A stretch of 64,000 bases of DNA from positions 20,299 to 84,298 of the forward strand of contig JAWOLH010000026.1 in NCBI GenBank assembly GCA_033853695.1. The letters are read 5' to 3'. The notes beneath the pieces are model-generated. The model made no database searches. It was not told where the DNA came from and saw only the letters and a list, made by a program, of their open reading frames with translations. Shown here piece by piece: positions 15,043 through 31,976 of this stretch. The position numbers and the translations under genes are program-made. This DNA is from Gemmatimonadales bacterium. Lineage in GTDB: Bacteria > Gemmatimonadota > Gemmatimonadetes > Gemmatimonadales > GWC2-71-9. Positions within the stretch are counted from its first letter, which is position 1, and each line of letters starts with the position of its first letter.

Positions 15043-15797
15043 GGCGCGGGGTGCCGTCCCGATGTGCGAGCCGCGGCCTCCGAAGCGGCCAGGAGGTCGC
15101 CGCGATCGAGCATCGCAAGATACGCCTCGACGCGCGGATCCTCAGGACGGCGGCGCCGGCAGTCTTCCCACACGACGCGCGCCGAGAGCCCGTCCCCGCT
15201 CAGGTAGCACGCCAGGCCCAGCATCGCGGCCGCGTCGAGAAAGTTGGGACGCGAGCGGACGATGATCTCGAACTGCTCGCGCGCCTCGAGCACCCGGCCC
15301 GCCTGAAGCAGAAGGCGCCCCAGCTTGTAGCGCAGATCGTGAAACTCGGGACCGAGCGCCAGGGCGGCCTGGTATTGGCCGATCGCCTCGCGCATGCCGC
15401 CGGCTTCGACGTACGCCTCCGCCAGGTGCGCGTGCAGGTTGGCGAGCTTCGCCGCGAGGTGCGTGGGGAACCCGAGCCGGGACTTTCCTCCGATCTGCCC
15501 TGCTCGTCGCAGCGACTCGGTGGCCTCCTGCTCACGTCCCAGGTCGTTGAGGACGAGCGCCCGGTGCACCAACGCTTCGACGTAATGCGTGTTCAGCTCG
15601 AGCGCGCGATCGAGATGGGCGAGCGCCTTCTCGGGCTGTCCCACGAGCGAATACGAGAGGCCGAGCAAGTGCTCCGCGTCGGCGAAGGCGTGACCCACCG
15701 AGGCGATCTCCTCGAGGAGGTGAATCGCCCCGTAATAGTCCTGTAGCTGAAAGCGCTCGCGCGCCTGGTCGACTCGACGCTCAGGACTGGAGTCCAT
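15039..15797 (-). CDS. TPR-repeat protein
   Basis: Clear TPR units (YYGAIHLLEE..., AEHLLGLSYSLVGQPEKALAHLDRALELNTHYVEALVHRALVLNDLGR..., AIGQYQAALALGPEFHDLRYKLGRLLLQAG). 4-nt overlap with the next gene. Confidence 0.7.
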   Translation of the reverse strand: MDSSPERRVDQARERFQLQDYYGAIHLLEEIASVGHAFADAEHLLGLSYSLVGQPEKALAHLDRALELNTHYVEALVHRALVLNDLGREQEATESLRRAGQIGGKSRLGFPTHLAAKLANLHAHLAEAYVEAGGMREAIGQYQAALALGPEFHDLRYKLGRLLLQAGRVLEAREQFEIIVRSRPNFLDAAAMLGLACYLSGDGLSARVVWEDCRRRRPEDPRVEAYLAMLDRGDLLAASEAAARTSGRHPAP

Positions 15798-16752
15798 GAA
15801 CCTCCCGGTACCAGGCGACGAACCGCCGGATCCCTTCTTCGATCCCCACCTTGGGACGATAGCCCAGCTCCCGCTCGGAGCGGGAGAGATCCGCGGCGGT
15901 CAGGGGCACGTCCCCCGGCTGATCGGCCCCGCGCTCGATGATCGGCTGCCGCCCGGCGGCCGCGCCGATCAGCGCGATCAGACGGTCCAGTCGCACGCGC
16001 TCGCCGCCACCTAGATTGAAGACGCGCCATGGCTCGCCGCCGGCCGAGCCTGCGCGCGTCGTCCACTCCAGGGCCGAGACGATGCCATCCACGATATCGG
16101 AAACATACGTGTAATCGCGGGCGCTCGAACCGTCGCCTCGCATGACGATCGGTTGTCCCGCCATGATCCGGGCGGTAAACCGATGCACCGCCAGGTCGGG
16201 GCGCTGGCGTGGGCCGTAGACCGTGAAGAAACGCAGGCAGGCGATCCGGGTCCCGTACAAGTGCGTGAACACCCGGCTCACGAGCTCGCCGGAGCGCTTG
16301 CTCGCGGCATACGGCGAGATGGGACCATCGGCGACCGCGTCCTCCGCAAAGGGCGCGGGCGTCGTATCCCCGTATACCGACGACGACGAGCCGAACACCA
16401 CGCGCCCGATACCGTCGCGCCGCGCCTGATCGAGGAGCCGGGCAGTGCCCGTCACGTTGGCCTCCATATATCCGACCGGATCGTCGAGCGAGGGCTGGAC
16501 GCCGGGGCGCGCCGCCAGATGCACGATCACCTCGACCCCCGCGGTCGGCAGTGGATCACGCACGAGGTCCCCTTCGGTGAATCGAAAGGTCGGGCGGCCC
16601 TTGAGCCCTACGAGGTTTCGCTCTTTCACCGCGCGCGGATAGAACGGGTCGAAGTTGTCGAATCCATGGACCTCGTGGCCGGCCGCCACCAGCGCCTCAC
16701 ACAAGTGTGACCCGATGAACCCGGCGGCCCCCGTCACCAGAATGCGGCTCAT
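15781..16752 (-). CDS. NAD-dependent epimerase, probable UDP-glucuronate 4-epimerase family
   Basis: [14 protein letters not shown]...[17 protein letters not shown] pattern and [11 protein letters not shown] (YxxxK). Adjacent to ugd and uxs. The substrate assignment is inferred from family pattern and context. Confidence 0.7.
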   Translation of the reverse strand: MSRILVTGAAGFIGSHLCEALVAAGHEVHGFDNFDPFYPRAVKERNLVGLKGRPTFRFTEGDLVRDPLPTAGVEVIVHLAARPGVQPSLDDPVGYMEANVTGTARLLDQARRDGIGRVVFGSSSSVYGDTTPAPFAEDAVADGPISPYAASKRSGELVSRVFTHLYGTRIACLRFFTVYGPRQRPDLAVHRFTARIMAGQPIVMRGDGSSARDYTYVSDIVDGIVSALEWTTRAGSAGGEPWRVFNLGGGERVRLDRLIALIGAAAGRQPIIERGADQPGDVPLTAADLSRSERELGYRPKVGIEEGIRRFVAWYREVHGLQS

Positions 16753-17684
16753 CCAGCCCCTTTCTCACGGAAGAAGGCGATCGTTCGGCGCAGGCCTTCG
16801 TCGAGCGGCACGCGTGGCTCCCATCCCAGCAGCTCACGCGCCCGCGTAATGTCGGGCTGGCGCACGCGCGGATCGTCCACCGGCAGCGGCCGGTAGACGA
16901 TCTCGCTCTTGCTCCCGGTCAGGGCGAGGACACGGTCGGCCAACTGGCGCACGGTGAACTCCCCCGGGTTCCCGATGTTCGTCGGGTCGGCCGTGCCGCG
17001 CTCGAACAGGCGGATGATGCCTTCGATGAGGTCGTCCACGTAGCAGAACGACCGCGTTTGCGACCCGTCGCCGTAGATGGTGAGCGGCTCCCCGCGCAAC
17101 GCCTGAATGATGAAATTCGACACGACCCGCCCGTCGTGGGGTCGCATCCGGGGACCGAAGGTGTTGAAGATGCGCACGATGCGCGTGTCCAGGCCGTGAT
17201 AGCGATGGTACGCCATGGTCATCGCTTCGGCGAAGCGCTTCGCCTCGTCGTACACGCCGCGCGGCCCTACCGGGTTGACGTTGCCCCAGTACGTCTCCGG
17301 TTGGGGATGCACGAGGGGGTCCCCGTAGGTCTCCGACGTCGACGCGAGCAGGAACCGGGCGCGCTTCGCCCGGGCGAGCCCGAGCGCCTTGTGCGTGCCG
17401 AGCGATCCGACCTTCAGCGTCTGGATCGGGAGCTCGAGGTAATCGACCGGGCTCGCGGGGCTCGCGAAATGCAGGACCGCCTCGAGCGGGCCCTCAACTT
17501 CGATGAACGTCGTGACGTCGTGACGGACGAACTGAAACGCCGGATGATGCTCGAGGTGCGCCAGGTTGGTCGGGGTGCCGGTGATGTAATTGTCCATCCC
17601 GTACACCCGGTGCCCGTCCGCCAGCAGGCGGTCGCAGAGATGAGACCCGAGAAAGCCCGCCGCCCCGGTTACGAGGACGCGCAT
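16749..17684 (-). CDS. uxs: UDP-glucuronate decarboxylase (UDP-xylose synthase)
   Basis: [21 protein letters not shown]...GMDNYITG...[35 protein letters not shown]...[10 protein letters not shown]...[12 protein letters not shown] is a textbook UXS motif series. ATG 17684 is preferred over the TTG at 17705. Confidence 0.9.
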   Translation of the reverse strand: MRVLVTGAAGFLGSHLCDRLLADGHRVYGMDNYITGTPTNLAHLEHHPAFQFVRHDVTTFIEVEGPLEAVLHFASPASPVDYLELPIQTLKVGSLGTHKALGLARAKRARFLLASTSETYGDPLVHPQPETYWGNVNPVGPRGVYDEAKRFAEAMTMAYHRYHGLDTRIVRIFNTFGPRMRPHDGRVVSNFIIQALRGEPLTIYGDGSQTRSFCYVDDLIEGIIRLFERGTADPTNIGNPGEFTVRQLADRVLALTGSKSEIVYRPLPVDDPRVRQPDITRARELLGWEPRVPLDEGLRRTIAFFREKGAG

Positions 17685-18988
17685 GCCAGGGGACGGCCGA
17701 TGCAATCGTAGGTGAAACCGAGCTGGCTCAACCGTTCGGGATCATAGAGGTTGCGACCGTCCACGATCAGGGCCCGCTTGAGCCCTTGCTTGATGCGGGC
17801 GAAATCGGGGTTGCGATACTCCAGCCACTCGGTGACCACCGCGAGGGCGTCGGCGCCCGCGATGGCTTCGTACGAATGCTCGACGAAGGTGACCCGGTCG
17901 CCGAGGACGCGGCGTGCGGTCTCGAGCGCGGCGGGATCGTGGGCCCGAACCTTCGCCCCGGCCCCGAGCAGCGCCTCGATGAGAACGAGCGCCGGGCTCT
18001 CGCGTACGTCGTCGGTCTCCGCCTTGAACGCGAGCCCCCAGACCGCCACCGTCTTTCCCTTCAGGTTGCCTTCGAAGTGGTGCGACAGCTTCTCGAACAG
18101 CACGCGCTTCTGGCGCTCATTCCCGCTCTCCACCGCCTGGAGCACCCCGAGCTGAACCTGCTTGCCGTCGGCGGTTCGGACGAGCGCTTTCACGTCTTTC
18201 GGGAAGCAGGAGCCGCCGTATCCCGGCCCGGGGAACAGGAACGCCGAGCCGATGCGGCGATCCGATCCGATACCCTTGCGCACGTGTTGCACGTCGGCAC
18301 CCACCGCCTCGCACAATTGCGCGATCTGGTTCATGAACGTGATGCGCGTCGCGAGCATGGCGTTGGCCGCGTACTTCGTCATCTCGGCCGAGGGGATATC
18401 CATGAAGATCAGCGGATTCCCGGTGCGCACGAACGGCCCGTACAGCTCCTCGAATACGCGGCGCGACTCGGGGTGATCCACGCCGACGATCACGCGGTCG
18501 GGCTTCATGAAATCCTCGACCGCCGCCCCCTCTTTCAGGAACTCCGGGTTCGAGCACACGTGGAACGGCGTCTTCGTCTCTTTGGCGATTTCGGCCCGGA
18601 CCAGCTCGGCCGTGCCGACGGGGACGGTGCTCTTCGTGGCGACCACCTTGGACCGGTTCATGTGCTGGCCGATGGTGCGCGCCACGGCGAGTACGTGCTG
18701 CAGGTCGGCAGAGCCGTCCTCGTCGGGGGGCGTGCCCACGGCGATGAACACGACGTCGCATTCCTCGATCGCGGCCCCGACGTCCGTCGTGAACTGGAGC
18801 CGGCCTTCCCGCTGGTTGCGGACGACGAGCGGTTCGAGACCCGGCTCGTAGATCGGCAGACGGTTCTCCTTGAGCCCGCCGATCTTCTTCGCATCGACGT
18901 CGGCGCAGCGGACATCGTTGCCGGTCTCGGCGAAGCAGGCGCCGACGACGAGCCCCACATACCCGGTGCCGACCACGCAGACTTTCAC
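17669..18988 (-). CDS. ugd: UDP-glucose 6-dehydrogenase
   Basis: [26 protein letters not shown]...[16 protein letters not shown]...FIAVGTP...[12 protein letters not shown] 18988 forms a GTGA overlap with the upstream stop. The track start at 19102 is an extension. Confidence 0.9.
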   Translation of the reverse strand: MKVCVVGTGYVGLVVGACFAETGNDVRCADVDAKKIGGLKENRLPIYEPGLEPLVVRNQREGRLQFTTDVGAAIEECDVVFIAVGTPPDEDGSADLQHVLAVARTIGQHMNRSKVVATKSTVPVGTAELVRAEIAKETKTPFHVCSNPEFLKEGAAVEDFMKPDRVIVGVDHPESRRVFEELYGPFVRTGNPLIFMDIPSAEMTKYAANAMLATRITFMNQIAQLCEAVGADVQHVRKGIGSDRRIGSAFLFPGPGYGGSCFPKDVKALVRTADGKQVQLGVLQAVESGNERQKRVLFEKLSHHFEGNLKGKTVAVWGLAFKAETDDVRESPALVLIEALLGAGAKVRAHDPAALETARRVLGDRVTFVEHSYEAIAGADALAVVTEWLEYRNPDFARIKQGLKRALIVDGRNLYDPERLSQLGFTYDCIGRPLACASS

Positions 18989-20295
18989 GGTTTCCTCCGG
19001 GTTGCCGTGGGCAGCGCATGCCGCGTATCCACCACCAGCTTGGCTTCCCGCGCCACAAGCGGATAGTCGAGCGCGGTGTGGTCGGTGACGATGACGACGC
19101 AATCGGTCCCGTGCAACATGTCGGCGGTCAGCGGAATCGACTCGAGCTCGACCCCGTCCTCGTGCAATCTCGGCACGTGCGGATCGTGGTACTTCACGAT
19201 CGCACCGCGCTGCTCCAGGAGCCGGATCACGTCGAGCGCCGGGCTCTCGCGGATGTCGTCGATATCTTTCTTGTAGGCGACGCCGAGGACGAGGACCGTG
19301 CTGCCCCGCACCGCCTTCCCTTGATCGTTGAGCCGGTCGGCGACACGGGCGACCCAGTACTCGGGCATTTCGGCGTTGATCTCACCCGCGAGCTCGATGA
19401 AGCGGGTGCGGTAGTTCAGCGTTCGCATCTTCCAGGCGAGGTAGTGCGGATCGAGCGGGATGCAGTGGCCCCCGACGCCCGGACCGGGGGTAAACTTCAT
19501 GAACCCGAACGGCTTCGTTGCCGCCGCGTCGATGACCTCCCACACGTCGACGCCGAGCTTGTCGCACACGATCGCCATTTCATTGACCAGCCCGATGTTG
19601 ACGCTGCGGAACGTGTTCTCGAGGATCTTGACCAGCTCCGCCGCCTCGGTGGAGGTCACCGGGACGATGCGCTCGATCGCCGGCTCGTACAGCGCGACCG
19701 TCACCTGAAGGCAGTTCGGCGTAATCCCACCGACCACCTTGGGGGTGTTGCGGGTGTTGTACTTCGGATTGCCAGGGTCGACCCGCTCGGGGGAGAAGGC
19801 CAGGAAGAAGTCCTCGCCGACCTTGAGGCCGGTGCTCTCGAACGCCGGCAGCATGAGCTCGCGCGTCGTGCCGGGGTAGGTCGTGGATTCGAGAATCACC
19901 AGCTGGCCGCGCCGCAGCGTTTTCTTGATGGACTCCGTGGCGCTCAGCACGTAGCTGACGTCGGGGTCCTTGGTCTTCGAGAGGGGCGTCGGCACGGCGA
20001 TGGAAATGGCGTCCGGCTCCGAGAGCCGCGACAGGTCGTTGGTCGCGGAGAATTTCCCCGCCGCCACCGCCTTCGCCACCGCGTCGGCGGGAACGTCCTG
20101 AATGTGGGAGCGGCCCGCGTTCAACCCGTCGACGACCCGCTTCGAGATGTCAAAACCGATCACCCGGTAGCCCGCCCGCACCAGCTCCATGGCGAGCGGC
20201 AACCCGACGTAGCCGAGCCCGACGATGCCGAACACGGCGGTCTTGTCCTTGGCCTTCGACAGCAGGGCATCCCGGGGATTCTGGGAAACGGTCAT
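18985..20295 (-). CDS. Nucleotide-sugar dehydrogenase, UDP-N-acetyl-D-glucosamine 6-dehydrogenase (WbpA)-like
   Basis: FGIVGLGYVGLPLAMEL...GFDISKRVVDGLNAGRSHIQDV...GVGGHCIPLDP. Followed directly by WbpB/E/D-like genes. Confidence 0.8.
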   Translation of the reverse strand: MTVSQNPRDALLSKAKDKTAVFGIVGLGYVGLPLAMELVRAGYRVIGFDISKRVVDGLNAGRSHIQDVPADAVAKAVAAGKFSATNDLSRLSEPDAISIAVPTPLSKTKDPDVSYVLSATESIKKTLRRGQLVILESTTYPGTTRELMLPAFESTGLKVGEDFFLAFSPERVDPGNPKYNTRNTPKVVGGITPNCLQVTVALYEPAIERIVPVTSTEAAELVKILENTFRSVNIGLVNEMAIVCDKLGVDVWEVIDAAATKPFGFMKFTPGPGVGGHCIPLDPHYLAWKMRTLNYRTRFIELAGEINAEMPEYWVARVADRLNDQGKAVRGSTVLVLGVAYKKDIDDIRESPALDVIRLLEQRGAIVKYHDPHVPRLHEDGVELESIPLTADMLHGTDCVVIVTDHTALDYPLVAREAKLVVDTRHALPTATRRKP

Positions 20296-21296
20296 AGAGA
20301 GATCGGGGTTCCTCCGCCCGCGAGCGAACGCGTCGCCGCATCGAGCACACGCACCACACGAACGCCATCGGCGGCGCTGGCGCGGGGAGCCTCCGCGCCC
20401 CGCGCCACGCGCACGAAATGCGCGAGCTCGGCCGCCAGCGGCTCCACGTTGGGAATCTTGGGAATGAAGATGTCACCCTCACGGATCGCGAGACTCTCGC
20501 CCCACGACGCGTACTCCGGGGGTCGCGTCACCCCCTTGTCGTAGATGCGCAGCTTCTCGCGTGGCTCCATGTCGTCGAACACCACCATCTTCCTGTCACC
20601 TACCACGGTGAGCTTCCGTTCCTTGTGGGGATCGAGCCACGACAGCTGAACGTGCGCCAGGGCTCCGCTCGCGAACTCCATGTGGAGGAACACCACATCC
20701 TCCACGCCCGGCTGCAGATACGACGACCCCTGGGCCGTCACCCGCACCGGCGCCTCCCCCAGCAAATGCAGGGCCACGGAAACGTCGTGGGGCCCGAAGC
20801 TCCACAGGGCATTTTCATCTGCCCGGACCTGGCCGAGGTTCACTCGCAGGCCGTACATGTAGAGCACGCGCCCCAGATCCCCCTCCGCGATCAGGCGCCG
20901 CAGCGCGTCAACCGCAGGGTGGAAGACCAGGAGGTGTCCCACGAGCACCGGCACCTTCGCCGCTGCGGCCGCCTGAGCTACCCCTTCGGCATCGGCCACC
21001 CGCAGGGCGAACGGCTTCTCCACGAGACACGGCTTGCCGGCCGCGATCGCCCGGTGGGCGTACTCGGCGTGCGTCCGGGCGGGCGAGGCGATCACGACCG
21101 CGTCGACCCGTCCCAGGAAAGCGTCCGCGTCGCCGGTGACGAGCGCGCCCGGGTATTGACGGGCCACGCTCTGGCGGACCTTCTCCTCGGTGTCACAGAC
21201 GGCCACGAGCTCCGCGTCGGCGAGGCCGGCGGCGGTACGCACGTGATTCCTACCCCACGCCCCGGCGCCGACGACGCCGAGTTTCAATCGGCTCAA
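20292..21296 (-). CDS. Gfo/Idh/MocA oxidoreductase, WbpB-like (UDP-GlcNAcA 3-oxidase)
   Basis: N-terminal LKLGVVGAGAWGRNHV Rossmann motif with the EKP motif (CLVEKPFA). Placed between WbpA-like and WbpE-like genes with 4-nt overlaps. Confidence 0.75.
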   Translation of the reverse strand: MSRLKLGVVGAGAWGRNHVRTAAGLADAELVAVCDTEEKVRQSVARQYPGALVTGDADAFLGRVDAVVIASPARTHAEYAHRAIAAGKPCLVEKPFALRVADAEGVAQAAAAAKVPVLVGHLLVFHPAVDALRRLIAEGDLGRVLYMYGLRVNLGQVRADENALWSFGPHDVSVALHLLGEAPVRVTAQGSSYLQPGVEDVVFLHMEFASGALAHVQLSWLDPHKERKLTVVGDRKMVVFDDMEPREKLRIYDKGVTRPPEYASWGESLAIREGDIFIPKIPNVEPLAAELAHFVRVARGAEAPRASAADGVRVVRVLDAATRSLAGGGTPISL

Positions 21297-22408
21297 CGGT
21301 AGAACTCGCGGATCGCGTCGACCACATAGTCGAGCTGCGCCCGCTCGAGCTCCGGATAAATCGGCAGCGACAGCACCTCGAGGGCCGCCTGTTCGGAACG
21401 CGGCAGGCTCCCCGCGCGGTATCCCAGATCGGCGAAGCAGGGCTGCCGGTGCAGCGGCATCGGATAGTAGATCGCGGTACCGATACCCTTCGACTTCAGG
21501 TACGCCTGCAGCGCGTCGCGCCGCTCGACCCGCAGGGTGTATTGGTGGAAGATGTGCTCGTTGCCGGGCGCGACGACCGGCGGGCGAACGGTGGACAACC
21601 CGCTCAACGCCTTGTTGTAGTACGCGGCGTGCTCACGCCGCCTGGCCGACCATCCGGCGAGATGCGGCAGCTTCGCGAGCAGAATCGCGGCCTGGACGCT
21701 GTCGAGCCGGGAGTTCGTCCCTACCTCTTCGTGGTGGTACTGCTTCGCGCCACCGTGAAGCCGCAGCTTGCGGAGTCGCTCGGCGGCCGCGTCGTCCGAC
21801 GTGACGATCATGCCGGCATCGCCCCAGGCACCGAGATTCTTGCTCGGGAAGAACGAGTACCCGGTCGTCCAGCCCAGCTCGCCCGCCATGCGCCACACGC
21901 CGTCGATCGACCGTCGCGCGCCGATCGCCTGGGCCGCGTCCTCGACGATCTTCAACCCGTGGCGTCCGCCGATGACGAGGAGGCGCTCCATCTCCGCCAT
22001 CTGACCGTACAAGTGGACCGGCATGATGGCGCGCGTCCGGGGAGTGATCGCGGCCTCGACGGCGGCCGGGTCGATGTTGAAGGAGTCGGGGTCGATGTCC
22101 ACGAACACCGGGCGCCCCCCGGCGTTGTGAATCGTCCCGGCGGTCGCGAAGAAGGTGAACGGGGTCGTGATGACCTCGTCCCCGGGTTTCAGGTTCAGGG
22201 CCTTGAGCGACAGGAGTAGCGCGTCGGTCCCGCTGGCGCAGCCGATGCCGTGCCGCGCATGCGACAACTCGGCGATCTTCGCCTCGAGCTGCGCGATGCC
22301 GGGACCCATGATGAACTGCTGCGACTCGACAACCGCCTGGAGGGCGGGAAGAACCTCGTCCTTGATGGCCCGGTATTGGCCGACGAGATCCAGCAACGGC
22401 ACGTTCAC
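21293..22408 (-). CDS. DegT/DnrJ/EryC1/StrS PLP-dependent aminotransferase, WbpE-like
   Basis: VPLLDL..QY..IKDEV......FIMGP....LE......H..GCASGTDALLLSL...PGDEVITTPFTF.AT; FFPSKNLGAWGDAG carries the PLP lysine region. GTG start at 22408. Confidence 0.85.
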   Translation of the reverse strand: MNVPLLDLVGQYRAIKDEVLPALQAVVESQQFIMGPGIAQLEAKIAELSHARHGIGCASGTDALLLSLKALNLKPGDEVITTPFTFFATAGTIHNAGGRPVFVDIDPDSFNIDPAAVEAAITPRTRAIMPVHLYGQMAEMERLLVIGGRHGLKIVEDAAQAIGARRSIDGVWRMAGELGWTTGYSFFPSKNLGAWGDAGMIVTSDDAAAERLRKLRLHGGAKQYHHEEVGTNSRLDSVQAAILLAKLPHLAGWSARRREHAAYYNKALSGLSTVRPPVVAPGNEHIFHQYTLRVERRDALQAYLKSKGIGTAIYYPMPLHRQPCFADLGYRAGSLPRSEQAALEVLSLPIYPELERAQLDYVVDAIREFYR

Positions 22409-22456
22409 GTATATTCTATCCGCAAAAGAGGCAACAATTTACATAGGCGATGCGGG

Positions 22457-23029
<573 letters not shown>

Positions 23030-23988
23030 CTAGTTGCCGAGAACCTTGATCTCGAGCTCGAGCTCGACGCCGGTCTTCTTGGCGACCGTCTTCTTGATGT
23101 GGTCGATGAGTCGCAGCACATCGGCCGCGGTGGCATTTCCCAGATTCACGAAATAATTGGCGTGCATCGGCGACACCTGGACGCCACCGAGGCGGAAGCC
23201 CTTCAGCCCCACTTCGTCGATCAGCATTCCGGCCGTCTTGTTGCCGCCGGGGTTCTTGAACGTCGATCCGGCGCACGGCTGATCGAATGGCGTGCCCGCC
23301 TTGCGCCAGCGGAACAGCTTCGCCTGCAGCTCCTTGAGTTTGGCGGGCGACTCTTCGCCCAGTTGGAGCTTCGCCTCGAGGACGATCACCTCACCCAGGT
23401 TCGAGCCGCGGTACTTGTAGGAGATCTGCTTGCGCGGGATGGTGCGGGCCTTCCCCTTCCCGTCCATCACGGTGACCTCAGTGACGATCTCAGCGAATTC
23501 GGCGCCGTGGCAGCCGGCGTTCATGTAGATGCCGCCGCCCACGGTGCCGGGAATGCCGATGAAGCGCTCCACACCCGAGAACCCCGCCTCGGCGGTGCGG
23601 CGCGCCAGGATCGGCGTGGCCATCCCGGCGCCGACGATCGCCGTCGCGCCCTTCATCTCGAACTTGTCGAGTCCTTTCCCCATCCGGATCACGATGCCGG
23701 GGAAGCCGCCATCCTTCACGAGGACGTTGGAGCCGAGACCGAGCACCAGCCACGGCAGTCCGCGCTCGCGCGCCATCTCGAGGCCGCGCACGACATCGTC
23801 GACGTCGGCCGGCTGAAGGAGGTAGCGGGCCGGCCCGCCGATGCGCCAGGTGGTGTAACGCGACAGCGGCTCGTTCTCGAGCATCCGCCCATGGAACTTC
23901 ACTTTGGGCGGTGCCGGCGGCGCCTTCGGCTGTACGGCAGCCTTCGGCTTGGGCGCCTTGGCAGGCAGGGCCTTGGCCTTCCCCTTGG

Positions 23989-27268
<3,280 letters not shown>

Positions 27269-27285
<17 letters not shown>

Positions 27286-28222
27286 CGAGCACGTCTCGCA
27301 GCACGTCGTCGAGTGAATGACGCGGGCGCCACCCGGTGGCGGCGCGCAGCTTCGACCCGTCTCCCACCAGATGCGGGACAGTATCGGGCCGTACGTCGGC
27401 GCTGTCTACTTCCAGAATCGGCTGCCAGCCGGCCAGCACGCAGAGCCGGAGCACCACGTCTTTGAGCACGACCGCTTCCCCGGAGGATACGTTGTACGTT
27501 TCACCCGCCTGCCCTCCCACGAGCAGCCGGGTGTAGGCGTCGACCACATCGGCGACGTGCAGAAAGTCGCGCACGCCGTCCAGCAACCCCGTCGGAATCG
27601 CGGGAGCGCGGACTTTCCGGGCGACGAGGACCCGGCTGGCGTAGCGCGGGATGAATCCCATCTCGCCCTGTCCCCGGCCGGAGTGGGGTGACGGCCGGAC
27701 GACGATGAGACGCAGCCCCGCGCGCCGCGCTTCCTGGGCCGCGACCACCTCGGCCCCCACCTTGCTCGCGGCGTACGCCGAGATCGGCGCCGGAGGATCG
27801 GTCTCGCGACGCAGCGCCGGCCCACCGAGACCGTACACCTCGAGACTGGAGACGATCAGGACCAGTGGATCGGCGCCACCGGCTCGGCGCATATCCCCCA
27901 GGGCGCGCAGCAGACGCGCCGTCCCACCCGCGTTCTCGTTCCAGGCTCGTCCCGGGTCTCGGTCGGCGAGGCTCACCCAGCTCACCGCCGCCAGGTGGGC
28001 GACCGCGTCCCAGGGCGCCTCGCTCACGTCGCGCACCGACGCCGCATCGGAGAGCTCGAGGGGGCGCCAGGACAACCGGTCGAGTAGCGCCGGGTCGTAC
28101 CGCTCGGCGCGATGATCGTCTTCCGGGCGATACGTACCGGTGACGGCATGGCCCTCGTCGAGCAGGCGACGCGTGAGCCACGACCCGACGAATCCGTCTG
28201 CCCCCGTCACGAGCACGTTCAC
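27269..28222 (-). CDS. rmd: GDP-4-dehydro-6-deoxy-D-mannose reductase (Rmd)-like SDR
   Basis: [25 protein letters not shown] (YxxxK), [15 protein letters not shown] and [28 protein letters not shown] resemble my recollection of Rmd. Immediately downstream of gmd. GTG 28222 lies 2 nt after the gmd stop. Fcl cannot be excluded without alignment. Confidence 0.7.
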
Positions 28223-28224
28223 GC

Positions 28225-29526
<1,302 letters not shown>

Positions 29527-29883
29527 TTACTCACTCAGCAATTCGATTCTCGCCACGTCGGCCCCATCGCCGGGCCGATGGCGAAGCTTGACGATCCGGG
29601 TGTATCCACCGGGACGGGCGGCGAACCGCTTGCCCAGCTCGGCGAAGAGCCGGTGCGTCACGTCGCGATCCTTGATTTTCCGCTCGACCAGCCGCCGCGC
29701 GTGCAGGTCGCCGCGCCGCGCCAGGGTGATGAGCCGCTCGGCATAGGGCCGCAGCTCCTTCGCCTTCGCCTCGGTCGTTTCGATGCGGTCGTGGCGAAAC
29801 AGGCTGGTCGCCATGTTGGCGAGCATCGCCCGCCGGTGCGTAGCGGTGCGCGAGAGCTGCCGGTGCTTGGCGCGGTGACGCAC
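29527..29883 (-). CDS. rplQ: 50S ribosomal protein L17
   Basis: [54 protein letters not shown]. Last gene of the alpha operon. Confidence 0.95.
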   Translation of the reverse strand: MRHRAKHRQLSRTATHRRAMLANMATSLFRHDRIETTEAKAKELRPYAERLITLARRGDLHARRLVERKIKDRDVTHRLFAELGKRFAARPGGYTRIVKLRHRPGDGADVARIELLSE

Positions 29884-30938
29884 TATTCCTCTCCGCCTTC
29901 GGTGGCGTGCGCCATCGGCGTGACGCCGGGATCGGTCACCCGCACGACGCCATCCGTCTCCTCATAGCGCATGCCGAAGTTCAACCCTTCGCGCCGCAGC
30001 AGGTCGGCGATCTCCCCCAGGGCCTTCTCGCCCACGTTCTTCACCTTCAGGAGATCGGTCTCGGTGTACTGCACGAGGTCGCCCAGCGTGCGGATGTTCG
30101 AGTTCTTGAGCGAGTTCACCGAGCGGACCGACAACCCCAGGTCGTCGATCGAGCGCTCGAGGGAAGCCTTGAGGCCATCCGAGCCACCGCCCACCGGGGC
30201 CGCTTCGGCGGCCACCATCGGGACCTTGCCGAAGTCGACGAAGAAACGGAAGTGCTCCTGGGCCAGCGCCGCGGCGTAGGCGAGCGCGTCTTCGGGGGAG
30301 ATGGTCCCGTTGGTCTCGACGGAGACCGTCAGCCGGTCGTAGTCGGTGCGCTGACCGACGCGCGTCTCGGCGACGGTAAAGTTGGCACGGCGTACCGGAT
30401 TGTAGATCGAATCGATGCGCACGACGTCCACGGGGAGGGTGCGGTCGACGGGATGCTGCTCCGCCTCCACATAGCCGCGACCCTTGTTCACGTACAGCTC
30501 ACCGCCGACATCCCGGTCGTCCTGTAACGTGAACAGCAGCTGATCGGGGTTCACGACGGTCACCGCGGCATGGGCTTCGATGTCGCGCGCGTAGACCGGG
30601 CCGGCCTTGTCGCGCCGCACGTGCAGCACCGCCTCGTCGACGTCGGGATCGAGCACCAGCGTCAGCTGCTTCAGCCGCTGAATGATCTGGTGCACGTCTT
30701 CCACCACGCCGGGGATCGTCTGATGCTCGTGGACGACCCCGTCCAGGCGGAACGCCCAGACGGCGGCGCCGCGCAGCGACGACAGCAGCATGCGGCGCAG
30801 GGAATTACCGAGGGTATAGCCGTAGCCCCGCTCCAGCGGCTGCAGGCGGAACTCGGCGGCATTGGGATTGTCTTCACGCTTGGTCATTTCGACCAGATGG
30901 GGTCGGACCAAGCCCGTCAAATCGAGAGTCGTCATCAC
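29883..30938 (-). CDS. rpoA: DNA-directed RNA polymerase alpha subunit
   Basis: [30 protein letters not shown] in the N-terminal domain, and a C-terminal domain with [23 protein letters not shown]. Confidence 0.97.
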   Translation of the reverse strand: MMTTLDLTGLVRPHLVEMTKREDNPNAAEFRLQPLERGYGYTLGNSLRRMLLSSLRGAAVWAFRLDGVVHEHQTIPGVVEDVHQIIQRLKQLTLVLDPDVDEAVLHVRRDKAGPVYARDIEAHAAVTVVNPDQLLFTLQDDRDVGGELYVNKGRGYVEAEQHPVDRTLPVDVVRIDSIYNPVRRANFTVAETRVGQRTDYDRLTVSVETNGTISPEDALAYAAALAQEHFRFFVDFGKVPMVAAEAAPVGGGSDGLKASLERSIDDLGLSVRSVNSLKNSNIRTLGDLVQYTETDLLKVKNVGEKALGEIADLLRREGLNFGMRYEETDGVVRVTDPGVTPMAHATEGGEE

Positions 30939-31570
30939 TTGGAGTAAAGCTCGACGATTAACTGTTCCTGCGCGGCGATCGGAATCGTCTCGCGCGTGGG
31001 CCGCTCGGTCATGCGTCCGACGGCCTTATCAGAGTCCACCTGGACCCAGGTCACCGGTTGCGTGCGCCCGAACTGGTCGCGCGCGACCTTGATGGGGATG
31101 AGCTCGCGGCTCGTCTCGGCGACGCGCACTTCGTCGCCCGGACGCACGCGATAGGACGGAATGTCCACCGTGCGCCCGTTGACCTGAATGTGCCGGTGGC
31201 GGATCAATTGACGGGCCTGGCGGCGCGACACCGCGAAGCCCATCCGGTACGCCATGTTGTCGAGGCGGCTTTCGAGCGCCACCAGCAGCGCCTCGCCCGT
31301 CACCCCGGGCTCCTTCAGCACGCGCTCGAAGACGTTGCGGAACTGCCGCTCCGAGAGCCCGTAGATGCGCTTCACCTTCTGCTTCTCCCGCAGCTGCTTC
31401 GAATACTCAGAGGCCTTGCGGCGCCGGCCCGCGGTCTGGCCGTGCTGGCCCGGCGCGTAGGCGCGCCGCTCGATGGCGCACTTCTCCGTGAGACAGCGCG
31501 TCCCCTTGAGGAAGAGCTTCGTGCCCTCCCGGCGGCACAGCTTGCAGGCGGGACCGGTGTACCGAGCCAT
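30935..31570 (-). CDS. rpsD: 30S ribosomal protein S4
   Basis: MARYTGPACKLCRREGTKLFLKG.RC...KCAIERR.YAPGQHG... Confidence 0.97.
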   Translation of the reverse strand: MARYTGPACKLCRREGTKLFLKGTRCLTEKCAIERRAYAPGQHGQTAGRRRKASEYSKQLREKQKVKRIYGLSERQFRNVFERVLKEPGVTGEALLVALESRLDNMAYRMGFAVSRRQARQLIRHRHIQVNGRTVDIPSYRVRPGDEVRVAETSRELIPIKVARDQFGRTQPVTWVQVDSDKAVGRMTERPTRETIPIAAQEQLIVELYSK

Positions 31571-31574
31571 CGCG

Positions 31575-31967
31575 CTACACCCGCCGCTTCTTCGGGGGCC
31601 GGCAGCCGTTGTGCGGGATCGGCGTCACGTCGCGGATCGAGCGGATTTGCAGCCCCGCCGTCGCGAGCGCCTGGATCGCCGATTCGCGACCCGAGCCGGG
31701 ACCCTGCACGCGCACGTGCACCCGCTTCACGCCGAGGTTCACCGCCTCGCGGGCCGCCTGTTCCGCTGCCACGGTCGCCGCGAACGGCGTGGACTTCTTC
31801 GATCCCTTGAAGCCTGCCTTCCCCGACGAGCCCCACGTGATCGCATTGCCCTGCATGTCGGTGATCGTGATGAGCGTGTTGTTGAACGTCGCGGTGATAT
31901 GCGCGACGCCCTCCGCTTCGACCACTTTCTTGGCGCGCTTCGCGCCCGGTGCTTTCCCTTGTGCCAT
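31575..31967 (-). CDS. rpsK: 30S ribosomal protein S11
   Basis: [21 protein letters not shown]...W.S.G..GFKGS.KSTPFAA... Confidence 0.97.
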   Translation of the reverse strand: MAQGKAPGAKRAKKVVEAEGVAHITATFNNTLITITDMQGNAITWGSSGKAGFKGSKKSTPFAATVAAEQAAREAVNLGVKRVHVRVQGPGSGRESAIQALATAGLQIRSIRDVTPIPHNGCRPPKKRRV

Positions 31968-31976
31968 GACCGCCGT

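Noticed and set aside
22409-22456. An AT-rich 48-nt spacer between the wbpD-like and wbpE-like genes with a TAGAAT box, considered as an internal promoter.
   Set aside because: There is no acceptable -35 at 16-18 nt. The -10 is only 4 nt from the GTG start, so function is not supported from sequence alone.
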